Under the pieces are notes generated by a model. That model did not search any database. It was not told where the DNA came from and was given only the letters and a program-made list of their open reading frames with translations. Shown here in pieces: positions 1 to 14,257 of a stretch of 64,000 nt of DNA (its first letter is position 1; every line of letters starts with the position of its first letter). The DNA is taken from the NCBI GenBank assembly GCA_964016885.1, contig OZ024746.1:28520001-28584000 (forward strand). Direction: 5' to 3'. This DNA is from Eledone cirrhosa (taxonomy: Eukaryota). A program made the translations under genes and the position numbers.

Positions 1-162
1 CAAGGAAAGAGGATTCACATTTGCAATGGGGTTATACTTGTATATCAATATATAATAAACAACAAGTAATCAATTTAGATGGGAACCGTTAAACCGTTAA
101 ATCGTTATATTAATATTAACAGCCAGTTTTGCATTCGTCGTAAATATATAGATCTATGTATG

Positions 163-214
<52 letters not shown>

Positions 215-279
215 AAAGAGTGAGAGAGATGGAGATAGATAGATATAGAGATAGATAGATAGAGAGAGGGGGGAGTGTA

Positions 280-445
280 GGCACAGGCATGGCTGTGGGG
301 TTAAAGAGTTCGCTTTTCAATCACCTAAGTTCTCTCGCAATTCGTAGAAACTTGAACGACTGACGTCTACTATAGCTTTAGGTGGAGAAATTCTTTGTAA
401 GTTATAATAGAAATTTGGTGGACGGAAGCTGTTGATATGACCGTC
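280..445 (+). mobile_element. degenerate tRNA-type SINE (family C)
   Basis: GGCATGGCTGTGGGGTTAAAGAGTTCGCTT head and GAAATTTGGTGGACGGAAGCTG tail. Similar copies at ~24866-25015, ~26885-27035 and ~34650-34790. Confidence 0.55.
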
Positions 446-479
446 GTAAATAATGTATACATATGTAAATATAGTTCAA

Positions 480-620
480 GATGAATAAAAAATATAAACT
501 CAGAGATACAATTACCAATATATCTTATTAGTTTCACGCTTGTTGTAAATGGAAAAGGAATATTTCAACGCATCGAACATTAGTCCTTCATCACAAAAGA
601 GTAATGTAAAGAGGAAAAAG
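480..620 (-). mobile_element. degenerate Penelope-like terminal-repeat fragment (family Z) with decayed hammerhead core
   Basis: Reverse complement TGATGAAGGACTAATGTTCGA...TCCTTTTCC...AGCGTGAAACTAAT aligns by eye with 22014-22077 TGATAAAGGACTGGTTTCCGAAAC...TCCTTTTCC...AGCGTTAAACTAAT. Confidence 0.45.
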
Positions 621-1847
621 AGGCCGGAAGTTATAAGATATATATGTTGTAGGTATATATACTGTGTTTACGTTTAATTATGTCTGGTATTTTCGTAGCT
701 CGGCAGACATAGATCTATAAAATATGTACTAAGATCGATATGATCAACTAAATCCTATCAAGGTGGTGCTCCAGCATGGCCGCTGTCTAATAACTGAAAC
801 CAGTAAAGAGTTGAGCCGTCACATAGATGCTGGCGTGTTACAATTTAGCCCTCTAAGTTTTTGAGCAAAGAACTTCCATCCGTGACCACCCTGCACTTTT
901 ATATGTATAATAAACCTGGAATAATATTACCTAATGTATTCTTCCGTTTTTTAAGTCAGTAGAAATAGAATAGGCTGCTATTTCCAGCATAAAGAGAACA
1001 AAAGTGGTGGAAATAGTCGAAATGGCTGAGAAAGAGGAGAAAAGAAAGAGATGACGAGGAAAAGGAGAGGGGAGGGTGAAGAAAAGTTTAGTTAAGAGAC
1101 ATAAGGAGGGGATAGAGTGGGATTAGGAAGGATAAAAAGGACGATCCAGAAAGGGGCCGAACTAATATGTGTACCCATAACTTAATTCTCAAGGAGATTC
1201 GATATGACAAAGTGTGTTAAGACTTTAAAGTAAGGGGCTTCCAAATAGTTTCTGTCTACCTAATTTCGCTCACAATACATCGGTGAACGTGAGGCTGTGG
1301 TAAATACCACTTGTCCCAGATGTCACACAATAGGATCGAACCCAGTATCTAATGATTGCGATGCGAAGTGGACCTTTTACCCATTCGGCCATTCTGCATG
1401 ATCTCTGCCTACAATATACCGTGTACATTCTATATCGTTAATTCAATGTCAATGAAAACCACCTGCTAGATATAGCAACAAAATTTTCTTCTAAGTTCAC
1501 TGTACATCCTACAGTGTTTCCTGCACATTCGATTGTGTTGGTTAATATACTTATTAAAATATGCTAGAAATAGCAGCCAAATCTCACTTCACTTTTATTG
1601 CACTTCCCACAGCAAAATCTACTTTAACTTTCCACAGCCAAATCTACTTTAACCTACTTTTTCGCCATTTTACGCAGTTACCATCTTCATCTTTCGCCCT
1701 AATTAGCTGAAGCCAATATCCCCCACTTCCCCTACACGTCCCCACACACAACTTTCTAATTCTCTGTCTTTCTTATAAATTCTTCAGATTTCTTTCGGCC
1801 GTTTTTAGGGAGCTTCATTCACCCTATTTACTCTGCTTAATCCCACC

Positions 1848-3045
1848 TTAGCAAGAAAGAGATAGCAAGATAGCAAAAAGGAGAGAGCGAACAGGGAAGG
1901 GAGAGCAAGAGAGAGTAAAAAAGGGTGAGAGGGTGAGCAAGTGAGGGAGAGTAAGAGATAGAGAGAAAAAAAAGGAGAGCAAGAGAAAGAGAGTTATAGT
2001 AAGAGAGTAAGAGATAGAGAGAAAGAGAGGGAGGGCAAGAAAAAAAAGAGTTATAAAAAGAGAGTAAGAGATGGAGAGCATGAGAGGGAGAGAAAGAAAG
2101 AGAAAGCAACAGAGGGTTCGTAAGAGATTAAGAGAAAGAGTGGGAAAGCAAAAGAGTGAGCAGAGATGGAGAGCAAGGATGGAGAGCAAGAGAGGGAGAT
2201 AAAGAGAGGGAGAGCAAGAGAGGGAGAGTAAGGAAGGGAGAGCAAGATATGGAGAGCAAGAAGGGGAGAGCAATAAAGGGAGAGTCATAAAGGGAGTGCA
2301 AGAGAGGGAGAGCAAGAAAGGGAGAGTAAGGAAGGGAGAGCAAGAGATGGAGAGCAAGAAAGGGAGAGCAATAAAGGGAGAGCAAGGAAGGAAGAGCAAG
2401 AGAGGGAGAGCAAGAAAGGGAGAGCAAGAGATGAAGAGCAAGAAAGGGGAAGCAATAAAGGGAGAACAATAAAGGGAGAGCAATAAAAGGAGAGCAAGAA
2501 AGGGAGAGAAAGAGATGGAGAGCAGTAAAGGGAGAGCAATAAAGGGAGAGCAAGAAAGGAGGAGCAAGAGAGGGAGATAAAGAAAGGGATAACAAGAGAT
2601 GGAGAGCATGAAAGGGAGAGCGATAAAGGGAGAGCAATAAAGGGAGAGCAAAAAAGGAAGAGCAAGAGAGGGAGAGCAAGAACGGGAGAGCAAGAAAGGG
2701 AGAGCAAGAGAGGGAGAGCAAGAAAGGGAGAGCAATAAAGGGAGAACAACAAAGGGAGAGCAATAAAAGGAGAGCAAGAAAGGGAGAGCTAGAGATGGAG
2801 AGCAATAAAGGGAGAGCAAGAGATGGAGAGCAATAAAGGGAGATATGGAGAGCAAGAAAGAGACAGCAAGAGAGGGAGAGCAAGAGAGGGAGAGCAAGGA
2901 AGGGCGACCAAGAGAAGGAGAGCTAGAGAGGGAGAGCCAGTGACGGAGAGCAAATGAAAAAGAGCGAGAGTGTGATCAAAAGCAAGACAGGTTGAGTAAG
3001 GGAGAGAGCGTAGGAAGGGAGAGTAAGAAAGGGAGAGTGAGAGTA
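1848..3045. repeat. purine-rich ~14-bp minisatellite (GGGAGAGCAAGAAA / GGGAGAGCAATAAA)
   Basis: Dozens of tandem GGGAGAGCAA(G/T)A(A/G)A units. These explain the Leu/Ser/Pro-rich minus-strand ORFs. Confidence 0.9.
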
Positions 3046-3984
3046 AGTGACGCAGCTTTCTACCCTTTACCATCATTCACTCATTTCACCCTTTTCCACC
3101 ATTTTCTCCTCTTTCACCCTCCTTCTACCACTTTCTCAATTTTTCTCCTTCTTTCTCCCTATTCCCTGTTTTAACAACTTCAGTCCAATGCCTCACTCAT
3201 CTTTACTATAATTTCCCCCTCATCCCCTTTGATTTTTTCTTGCCAGTTCTCACTCTATCAGCGTCATTTAACATATTCCAGTCAATTTTGCCTCCTTTAT
3301 TCTTCTTAACCCCTCTTTACACCTGGTGTTATCATTTCTCCCTCCATTGTTGATCCACACTTCCTCTTTCCCCCTGTTGCTCTCCTCCTGTTACTCTCCC
3401 TCTTCTCCTCTTCCCCATGCACTCATTCTGTTACTCTACTCTCCGTCTCCTCCTCCCCCCGTGTTGTTCTCCCTCTCCTGCTCTCCTCCTGTTACACACC
3501 ACCTCTCGCACTTCCATTCTCCCTCTCGTTCTGTTATCTTGGCCATCTCTCTCTTGGCCATCTCTCTCTTGTGTTAAACCTCCATCGGTTCTGAGGATCA
3601 ATCGTTAAATTGATGTGCAAGTGTTTGAGCATTCACGCAAACCGTTGAATAATGTGTCTTACTGAAGATCACATGAACGCATGACCTTACGATGGTTAGC
3701 TGAACAAACATCTTACCCATTAAGCCACACGCCTTAACTAATATTAATTACCAATGTTCTCTAACTACACTTCTGTCAGTAAAAGGGACACACAGAAAAA
3801 GAAGCGTAATTCATCATCCCGTGGGTACAGTTCCTTGCTGTGGAAGTTTGTGAATAACTATCATACTCTTATGCCATAAAATTAATGATTGGTTTGAAAC
3901 CCTTTTCATGAACACATTTCTAATGAAATACACTCCCTTTCTATTAATGAAGAATTTTGAAGCATTTACTAAGATTATTAATTA

Positions 3985-4170
3985 TGGATTGGCAGTATCA
4001 GTAGAGGGTCGGACGCCATGCTTTCCAGCATAGTTACGTCCCTTTACGATTTGAGTTCAAATCCCGCCGAGGTTGACTTTGCCTTTCATTCTTACGGGGT
4101 CGATAAAATAAAGTACCAGTAATGCACTGGGTAATTGCTGGCCTTGTGCCTAAAGTAGAAACAATAATTA
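3985..4170 (+). mobile_element. SINE family A (tRNA-like head, GAGTTCAAATCCC B-box)
   Basis: GGATTGGCAGTATC...GAGTTCAAATCCCGCCGAGGTTGACTTTGCCTTTCAT...GGGGTCGATAAAATAAAGTACCAG...GGCCTTGTGCCTAAAGTAGAAACAATAAT. More than 12 homologous copies occur in the window. Confidence 0.9.
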
Positions 4171-6289
4171 TTCCATTACTAATATAGTAATTTAACATAA
4201 AATTATATAAAATTATCTTAGGAACTCGCTAAAGTTGTTTGATTTCATAGGAGCCGAGCCAGTGTTTGCCAGACAACTATCAAAATTGCTAATGAAAATA
4301 TAAATCCTTGACGTCTCCATGAAGGGCAATGATGGTTCCTAAATTGATTTTGTCACGGAACCCTTAGACGGTTTTCTAAAAATAGTGAAACATATCTATA
4401 TTTTACACATGTCTTTCCTCTCCACCAGTCGAATTTTAGTAAAGCATGAAAGAAAACAAATTTTTCGTTCAGAGGAAAAGAGAGGAGTAGGGATATATAT
4501 ATATAAAGAGAGAGAGAGAGAGAGATGGGGGGGGGGGGGGATTTATTAGAGTAAAAATATTTTAAAATTATATTATCAATATATATTATTTTAAGATTAC
4601 ATTGTTTGCGTTATTAAGGGCATTCAATTGTAGTTAACATGCAAAATATGACAAGGTGGACATACAATGATAATGATAACGATGATTGTCTCACAAATCC
4701 CCGACATTTTGTGTCGAGGGGGTTATATGTGAGACAACCATGCCCCTGAGGATACAAGGTGTAGTCATTGGAAGTCAAGGAATGAGGTGGTGAGGGAATG
4801 TACCGAAAATGGTAAGGGTTTAGTAAAGGAGTAGGATACTGGAAGGTAAGGAGTTGGGATGGAAAATAATGTGTCCAAAAAAATAAAATAAAAATAGAAT
4901 TAACTAGTTTTATTTTAAATTTTCAGCTTTAGTTGTTCAATAAATACATAAATAAAATAAAATGAAATAGATTTTAAAGTGTGTTTTTGCTGCTGTGCAA
5001 AGAACAATGACCCATGAATGATCATTATGAAATAGTTGTGAGTAAATCTATGGTGTAATCCCTTAAGTCAGAAAAAGTAAATAATAGCCCGCATACGTCG
5101 TTGTTTCATTTCCGATAGAAAAAAACTTTAAAAATTCAGTTTCCAACTCGCTTCATGAACTTTCGAAATTTTCAGTGTATGGTTTTCTTAATCAGCTTTA
5201 CAGGAAGGGTAGGTGATGATGAGATATATTCTCTAGAAAACGTGACAGATAGATAGAATTAGTTTGGAAAGCTGTGTTTTTGATAACAACCAATTGCGAT
5301 ATCGATGGAAAATGAAAGTAAAAATGATTTGCATATGGAAATGCAAAATGTTGTTCATTGTTTTGCACTAAGAATCGGAAGTTACAACACTATTGATAAT
5401 ATTAACAACGATAATAATAATAATAAAAAAACGTTCCTAATATGAAAGTACTGCTCCATTGAATAGCATTACCGACAACAACAACAAATAATACTTAAGA
5501 CAACAGCAAATACAATGACAATAAGAACAAATACGTCAACAACAATCACAACATCAACGACGGCAGCAACATCAAATATACGACACTAACAACAAGAAAC
5601 ATAACGATACTAAAAGCAACTCCTAATACAGCGGCACGATAAAAAAGAGCAAAAATTAAATCAACAACAACACAATGTGACTGATATGAAAACAATGAAA
5701 GCAATATGGTCGACTGAATTGCATTGCTGACAATAACAACAAGAAGAACGACAACAAAGACAACAACAACAACAACAATAATACAAGAGTAATAATTATA
5801 TCAATAGCGATTTCGATTGAGTTGCCAACGAACGAAAGTAAGAAGAGATGATTTCATATGAAAGAGTTTGTTCAGGTTACTGACTTTTACAATGTTTCTG
5901 TTAAAATCTTGAACTAAAACCGTTAGTCACCCGTTAAAAATGTTTCTGTCTGCTAATCAAGAATCATTGTTAATGTTGTATTATAAAGAGTCACTTCCTA
6001 TTTGAACGATTTACAATGGAGAGCTGATTGATATCGATCAGAAATCAACGAGAGAGAAGAGAAGAAATGAAATGAAATGTAAGAAAAGAGAGAAGAAAAG
6101 AAAGAAAGCAATCGAAGAAAGGGAAAAGAAAGAAAAGTAGAGAAGAAGAAAGGAGAAGGCTGGAGATAGGGGAATGGGGATGTAATTCGTGATCAAAGTT
6201 GCGTTTTGAAGCTTAATGCGATTTACATCTATATCTCCTGTTACGACAGTGTTGTTCGGTGCAGATTTATACCGACGGACTTTACACAC

Positions 6290-7349
<1,060 letters not shown>

Positions 7350-7919
7350 ATTAAAATAAATAGCATCGGTTAGGCGATCATAACCGCATTTCTATCTCTA
7401 ACCACACACACATACACACACACAAACGCTCAGTGAGACACACAAATACACATGCTCGCACACTACTTTACTCTGTTCTATAAGCACTACCCTTGATCAT
7501 CCAATTTCTTGCATCGCTGCCAGTTTAATTTAACCGAAAATACAAGATAATTATTATATATCGACTATTAACTTCAACTCACATTTCATCTTTGATATGA
7601 ATTCAGTCAGTGCAGAGTTTATTATCTCCCTTGTGGCATTCTTTTATCTCGTTATGGAACTGAACCTCTCATCAACCGTATCAATGTCACATACCATGTC
7701 TGTAAATGTGTTTCCTTCTATCATAGATTGTATAATAAAGAATATACAGCTATCTCATCCTGCATACATTGTGTGATACTGAATATATATATCTATCTCA
7801 TCCTGCGTGCATTTTATGTTATAGAGTATGTCTCTCTCATCCTGCATATATTGTATAATAATGAATATCTATCTATCTTATTCTGCATAGATTGTATAAT
7901 AATGTATATGTATGTCTAT

Positions 7920-7979
<60 letters not shown>

Positions 7980-8812
7980 TCCAGCATAGATATTATAATA
8001 CTGAATAAATATATTATCCTGCTTACATTATTCAATAGGAAAGTTGCTGTGTACGGTTCGGCTTTCTATGGCTTTAGTTCAACCACTGATGAAGTCATCT
8101 TTCTCATTCACTATTTGGCGGTCAATAAACAAAGTACCAATTCCGTACTGGGTTAATTCGTCTTCTCTATATCCCCCACTCTCTCTCTTTCTCTGTCTAT
8201 GTATCTCTCTACCCCCTTACTCCACCCCTACTCCCTGTTTCACTGGAAGCAATCAACTGTGTTTAGACCCAGACTGGGGCAATCTTAAATGTCCAGGTTT
8301 AAATATTCTATATCACTACGGCGTCCCTAAGACACTACATGGATTTAAGACCCCGTGTAGTTACGAATAGTAAGGTATAACACTGGATATCGCTCTCTCT
8401 CACCTTTCAGTGAAACTGCTTGTCATAGGTTTAGGTTGTTCGATTCACATACTCGGGGACATGAGTTCCAATATTGTAGGCACATTCTGTCTTTGAACAA
8501 GGAAACTAATTTTACGTTGCTTCAGTCAAGTCAGCTCGTGTAGAAATGAAATGTACCTGAGAATTATGTTAAAGGTACATATTTCTGTGGAGTGCTCAGA
8601 CACTTGCACATTAATGTCAAATAAAGGCTATTCTGTTGGTCGAACAACTGCAACACTGTGAGAAAGCTTGGCTTTTGAATTAGAGACGTAGTCCATTCGA
8701 TGAGCTTTAGTATTTTCTATCTGCTAAATTTCATATAACATACTTGTGTCAACCAGAGGCTAAGAACAAGATACTCTGAAGTGGGATAAACCTCGGGATT
8801 TTACGATTGTGA

Positions 8813-8911
8813 AATAATTGTTTCTACTTTTGGCACAAGGCCAGCAATTATCCCAGTGCATTACTGGTACTTTATTTTATCGACCCCGTAAGGATGAAAG
8901 GCAAAGTTAAC
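8813..8911 (-). mobile_element. SINE family A, 5'-truncated
   Basis: AATTGTTTCTACTTTTGGCACAAGGCCAGCAATT...GAAAGGCAAAGTTAAC. Confidence 0.85.
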
Positions 8912-9074
8912 GTGAAACAATAGACATATAACTATGATCAAAGACATTTCAGACGGGACATTTAAATAAATCTAAGGTAAAAGACTAATTGTCAACAATA
9001 TCTTTTGCATTTGCATTCTTTATTCTATGTCCATACCTGCATTGTTTTGGCTTTATTATACATATGGAAACGTT

Positions 9075-9214
<140 letters not shown>

Positions 9215-9378
9215 TGTAAATGTCTGTATGTGTATATATCTGTATATATCTATGTATGTTTGTATATATGTATGTATATATCTATGTATGTTTGTCTATA
9301 TATGTAGGTATGTATATATGTATTATATCTACGTATGTATGTGTGTAGGTATGTATATTTGTATCATATATATGTATA

Positions 9379-10562
9379 TACGGGGGCTCGGTTGAAAAGT
9401 TGACTGGTTGACAAATAATTGTTTCTACTTTTCGCACAAGGCCAGCAATAACCCAGTACATTACTGGTACTTTATTTTATCGACCCCGTAAGGATGAAAG
9501 GCAAAGTTAACCTCGACGGGATTTGAACTCAGACCGTAAAGGGACGTAACTATGCTGGAAAGCATGGCGTCCGACTCTCTACCGATACTGCCAATTGACA
9601 AATAATGTTTCTTTTTCAACATAGTCCCTCGTTGCGGTCCACAAACGATCAGCGTTGCAGTGCTTGGATCCCATTGGTGAAGAAGCTTTCATCCTGTTGG
9701 TGAAAAACGTAATCAGCAAAGATATGACCTCATCATCACTACGATACTGGTTCCCAGCAAAGTGTTTTTTTCGTCTTGGGGAACGGATGATAGGCAGATT
9801 GGGCCATATCATGAGAATATAGAGGTGATCAGCCAGTTCAAAGCCACAGCCATACAAAATAGCCATTGAAACCAAAGTCTTCTGTGCTGGGGTATAGTCC
9901 TGATGAAACAAGACCCCTTTCGCCAGTTTTACAGAGCGTTTGGTTTTCAGAGCATTTCGTAACTGCCTCAGCAAATTCGCATTGTACTCTTCATTGATGG
10001 TGTAGCTTTTTTGAAAATAGTCAATAAACAAAATACATTTTGGATAAACTAATATTGAGGCCATCACCTTCCCTGCAAATGAAATGACCTTCTTTGGAGC
10101 AGATTGGGGGGAGGGGGCACAAAATGGATTGTTTCTTTGTCATCCTGGGCTAGGAAGCGTTCAAGAAAACCAGCTGGATCTGCCTCAAACAATGTCAGAT
10201 TTCCCGGATCAGCTTGGTTCGCTTTTGTTCAGGTATCAGAAGACGTGACACCCACCGAGCCTAAACTTTTGTCATGCTAAGTTTATAGTGCAGATATGCT
10301 AATAGCATTGGCTATTTGATTTATAGTCAATCACCGGCCATCCATCACCATCTGCAAGTACTTAATAAAACCAGGATACCATATTTTGTCCATTTTCAAA
10401 AGAAGTCCATACTAGTTACTTTGAACAGTCAGATATCAGTTTACCTGGAAAGAAACAGTATAGTTATTAGTAAAAAGAGTTGAAATTGATGCATGCAAGA
10501 TTTCACTGCTCTAGCGTCTTTCCTTCATTGTCAGACTATGAAATTTTCAGCTCATCTTCGTA
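9379..10562 (-). mobile_element. mariner (Tc1/mariner) DNA transposon relic with both TIRs, internally deleted and frameshifted
   Basis: ORF 9579-10067 contains MASI...ILFIDYFQKSYTINEEY-ANLLRQLR...KGVLFHQDYTPAQK...GFELADH...DYVEK, the mariner catalytic C-terminus. Termini are TA-CGGGGGCTCGGTTGAAAAGTT (9379) and AAATTTTCAGCTCATCTTCG-TA (10562). Confidence 0.85.
9420..9594 (-). mobile_element. SINE family A inserted into mariner, 12-bp TSD
   Basis: Full family A copy flanked by TTGACAAATAAT at 9408-9419 and 9595-9606. Confidence 0.9.
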
Positions 10563-10707
10563 TGTATGTGTTTGTATGTATGTATACATGTATGTGTGTA
10601 TGTGTTACAATTATGGATAATGTAGCAATATACTTACATTGGTATTTGAATGAGCTAATAGAGATAAACGCATGAATCGACAGATCTATGTATAAACAGA
10701 ATCATAC

Positions 10708-10789
<82 letters not shown>

Positions 10790-10947
10790 GATAGGGTGAG
10801 AGAAAGAAGTGAGAGACGAACGGAAATTGGCAATCAGACGTACTTTGTACTTGAAAACTCAAGTGTGTACTGAAATGTAGAGATATGTCTAATGAATATC
10901 GAGATAACGTATAATATATATATATATATAGTATACATATGTATGTG

Positions 10948-10978
<31 letters not shown>

Positions 10979-11193
10979 GATTGTGTGTAGACACATTATA
11001 TATATATATATACACCTGACAGCCTCAGAGGCTGTCTGTCGCACTATGACCCAGCTACTATCTCAATAATCAGACATTTAATTTTCTTATGAAGTTGTTT
11101 TGTGTGAAATAGGAAGGGCAATGCCATATTCATACCTATAGACACATAAATATATTATTTATATACACGGACACACTCACACACATATATATG

Positions 11194-11303
<110 letters not shown>

Positions 11304-11324
11304 GCAATCTGAGTTTTTCGAATA

Positions 11325-11510
11325 TTAATAATTATTTCTACTTTTGGCACAAGGCCAGCAATTACCCAGTACATTACTGGTACTTTATTTTATCGACCCC
11401 GTAAGGATGAAAGGCAAAGTTAACCTCGGCGGGATTTGAACTCAGACCATAAAGGGCCGCAACTCTTTGCTGCCAAAAAATGGCGTCCGACTCTCCACCC
11501 ATACTGCCAT
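11325..11510 (-). mobile_element. SINE family A
   Basis: Reverse complement of the family A consensus. Confidence 0.9.
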
Positions 11511-11639
11511 ATTAATAATAACATTCGATTCGTTTGTAATTATGCAAACAAGCCTCACTTTTAAAGCAATGTCAGTAGAATGGACTCTTCATTCTTGCTC
11601 TAGTGTTGGCATGTAAACAGAACTGCAGACACTAATGTT

Positions 11640-11711
<72 letters not shown>

Positions 11712-11851
11712 ATACTTTGGGAGGGTCATGTTGCCAATAAGAAACACACGCACCAATGGTTTTCACTCCAATTAATTATAAATTAAATTTATAAATTTAA
11801 GAATTTCCGGTTGGTTGGTTGGTTCCACAACCGGACGGTTGTTCATATATT

Positions 11852-11894
11852 GTCAAAGTCCTTTCGTCACACATTCTGTGACCTCTTCAGTGAC
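11852..11894 (-). ncRNA. minimal type-I hammerhead ribozyme motif
   Basis: Reverse complement: GUCA CUGAAGA G GUCAC agaaugu GUGAC GAAA GGAC UU UGAC (stem I GUCA/UGAC, stem II GUCAC/GUGAC). Confidence 0.7.
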
Positions 11895-12908
11895 TGGGGA
11901 TTCTTCTTTTTGTTTTGTTCCTCTCCTTTGTTCTGTCCTACGCCATATTGTTTTTGTGTGTGTTGTGTTTCGTTTGCGCATGTGTTACGTCCGGGTGTCT
12001 GTGTGTGTTTTTATTTGTTTATTTACATGTTACTGGTTGGTTGTTTGTTCTATGTGTGTGTGTTTTCATTTTATCCTTAATTGTAAGTTGTGATGTTGTT
12101 ATTCCATTCATGTTTTCTATTTAATTTTGGAATAGAATAGAAAGAACTAGGTTAATAGAATAAACTCATGGTATGATAGCAATAAATACCAGAGTGTAAT
12201 GTTCATCACCTAGAGGTGAATTAGCTTACAAATTTAGAAGGGCCCTAGATAAACTTAAACTAAATATTAAGATAGTAGAAAGACTAGGTACCTCCATAAA
12301 ACCACTTATTAGTAATACATACCCTTTTCAAAGACCTCCCTGTATAGATAAGAAATGGATAATCTGTAAACTAAGCCCCCATATTAACTGTAAAACTAGA
12401 AACATAGTATATAGCATAAGATGTACTGAAGGACACTTTAAATATAAGAATATAGTGTAAATAGGTGAGACATCTCGTACTATAGGAGAACGGTTAAATG
12501 AACACTGGCGCGAGCTTCAAAATAGAAAAGATTCATCAGTACTCCACCAACATGCTAAAATAGAACATAAGGGCAAATTAGAGAGCATAGAAATAAAAAT
12601 AAAATCTACACACAGAAAAGACGCAATGTTTAGACAAATCACAGAAGCAATAAACATAAATGAACTCCAACCAAAATTAAATAGAAAACATGAATGGAAT
12701 AGCAACATCACAACTTACAATTAAGGACAAAATGAAAACACACACACATAGAACAAACAACCAACCACTAACATGTAAATAAACAAATAAAAACACACAC
12801 AGACACCCGGATGTAACACATGCGCAAATGAAACACACAACATACACAAAATCAAGATGGCGTAGGACAGAACAAAGGAGAGGCACAAAACAAAGAGAAG
12901 AATCCCCA

Positions 12909-12951
12909 GTCACTGAAGAGGTCACCGAATGTGTGACGAAAGAACTTTGAC
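12909..12951 (+). ncRNA. minimal type-I hammerhead ribozyme motif in PLE 3' repeat
   Basis: GTCA CTGAAGA G GTCAC cgaatgt GTGAC GAAA GAAC TT TGAC, downstream of the GIY-YIG stop codon. Confidence 0.7.
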
Positions 12952-13019
12952 AATTTTTGAACAACCGTCCGGTTGTGGAACCAACCAACCAACCTGAAAT
13001 TTATAAATTCGTAAATTTA

Positions 13020-13701
13020 AGAGCAACACCCCACCAGGGTGCTCTTGCCGAAAGCCCGAAGCTTGTCCTCTTCAACAGCAATGCAACACATCCGCTGTAG
13101 TTTATGAAGCTGTGGTCACTTCCAACCGACCAATTCAACCACAGGTCAAATCCTATGTGGGTATGGCGGAGGGCCGATTAAAGGAACGGTTCCTGAACCA
13201 CAAGTCGACCTTTAGGTACCAGGACAAACGTTCATCCACGAAACTCGCGAGCCACGTATGGTCCCTCAAGGACTCAAGTATAGACTATTCCATTCAATGG
13301 AAAGTCATCACTAAGTCCAAGCCATACGCAAGGGAAAATCCGTCGTGTGGACTATATATTGATGAACGAATTCAATAGCGATTGTCTAAACACAAGAAAT
13401 GAATTCTTCACACGTTGTCCATACGTCTAGAAACACTTCTTACATAACTACAAAGCTCCGGATTAAATGACAACAACATCCTAATTTTCTTATCAACTAG
13501 AAACTTTCGGACTTTCACAGTTATCTCCCTTACACCTGTCGCACGCAATTAATATTGCCTGGGTGAAATGACCGTCTCTGCGCGTTTGTACGGTTGTCCT
13601 TCCCGTTCCATATAACCATGTGCATTATATGCTGAGGATCCGCTAAACTGAAACAATTGTTCTCGGTATGCTGAACTAACTGTTGTGTAACCACTTCTAT
13701 A

Positions 13702-13702
<1 letters not shown>
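13020..13702 (+). mobile_element. Naiad-type Penelope-like element 3' fragment (Cys linker + GIY-YIG)
   Basis: GCSCRKPEACPLQQQC...VVYEAVV...YVGMAEGRLKERFLNHKSTF...TKLASHVWSLK...IQWKVI...PY...CGL. Same motif series as the 56.5-kb ORF. Ends in (TA)n. Confidence 0.85.
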
Positions 13703-13762
<60 letters not shown>

Positions 13763-14001
13763 TATATAATATTAAGGATACTATTTATAGTTATGTATAT
13801 TTTAAACCATAAATAGGGAAGGTCAGTAATTTATTACTAACTTATTACTAGTAAGATAAATAGCTCGAAGTCTCCAAGCCTAGGTTTGGAAGGAAGAAAC
13901 AATTGTAAGTGAATAAATGTTTTGAACATAGCTTTGATTCTTGTGAATTCTATATTAATACATACATATATACATATATACATATATATATATATATACA
14001 C

Positions 14002-14063
<62 letters not shown>

Positions 14064-14209
14064 GTATATATAAATATATATATATATATGTATGTATAAT
14101 ATATATATATATGTTTGTATAACACACATATATATATATATATACATTATATATATATATACATATCAAGAAATGTCAACAGGAATAGACCTGTTAATTT
14201 TATCTAAAG

Positions 14210-14254
<45 letters not shown>

Positions 14255-14257
<3 letters not shown>

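Larger units (their letters stand above)
11707..13019 (+). mobile_element. 5'-truncated Penelope-like retroelement (GIY-YIG end) with inverted terminal-repeat copy
   Basis: 12131-12724 translates, with a frameshift and a stop, to ...INCKTRNIVYSIRC...*IGETSRTIGERLNEH...HQHAKIEH...RQITEAINI...KLNRKHEWN (GIY-YIG). ~11785-12130 is the reverse complement of ~12671-13019, and the inverted copy ends in a (TA)n tract. Confidence 0.85.

Noticed and set aside
1848-3045. CRISPR-like array or structural-protein gene
   Set aside because: Contiguous degenerate tandem units without unique spacers, in a eukaryotic context with no cas genes.
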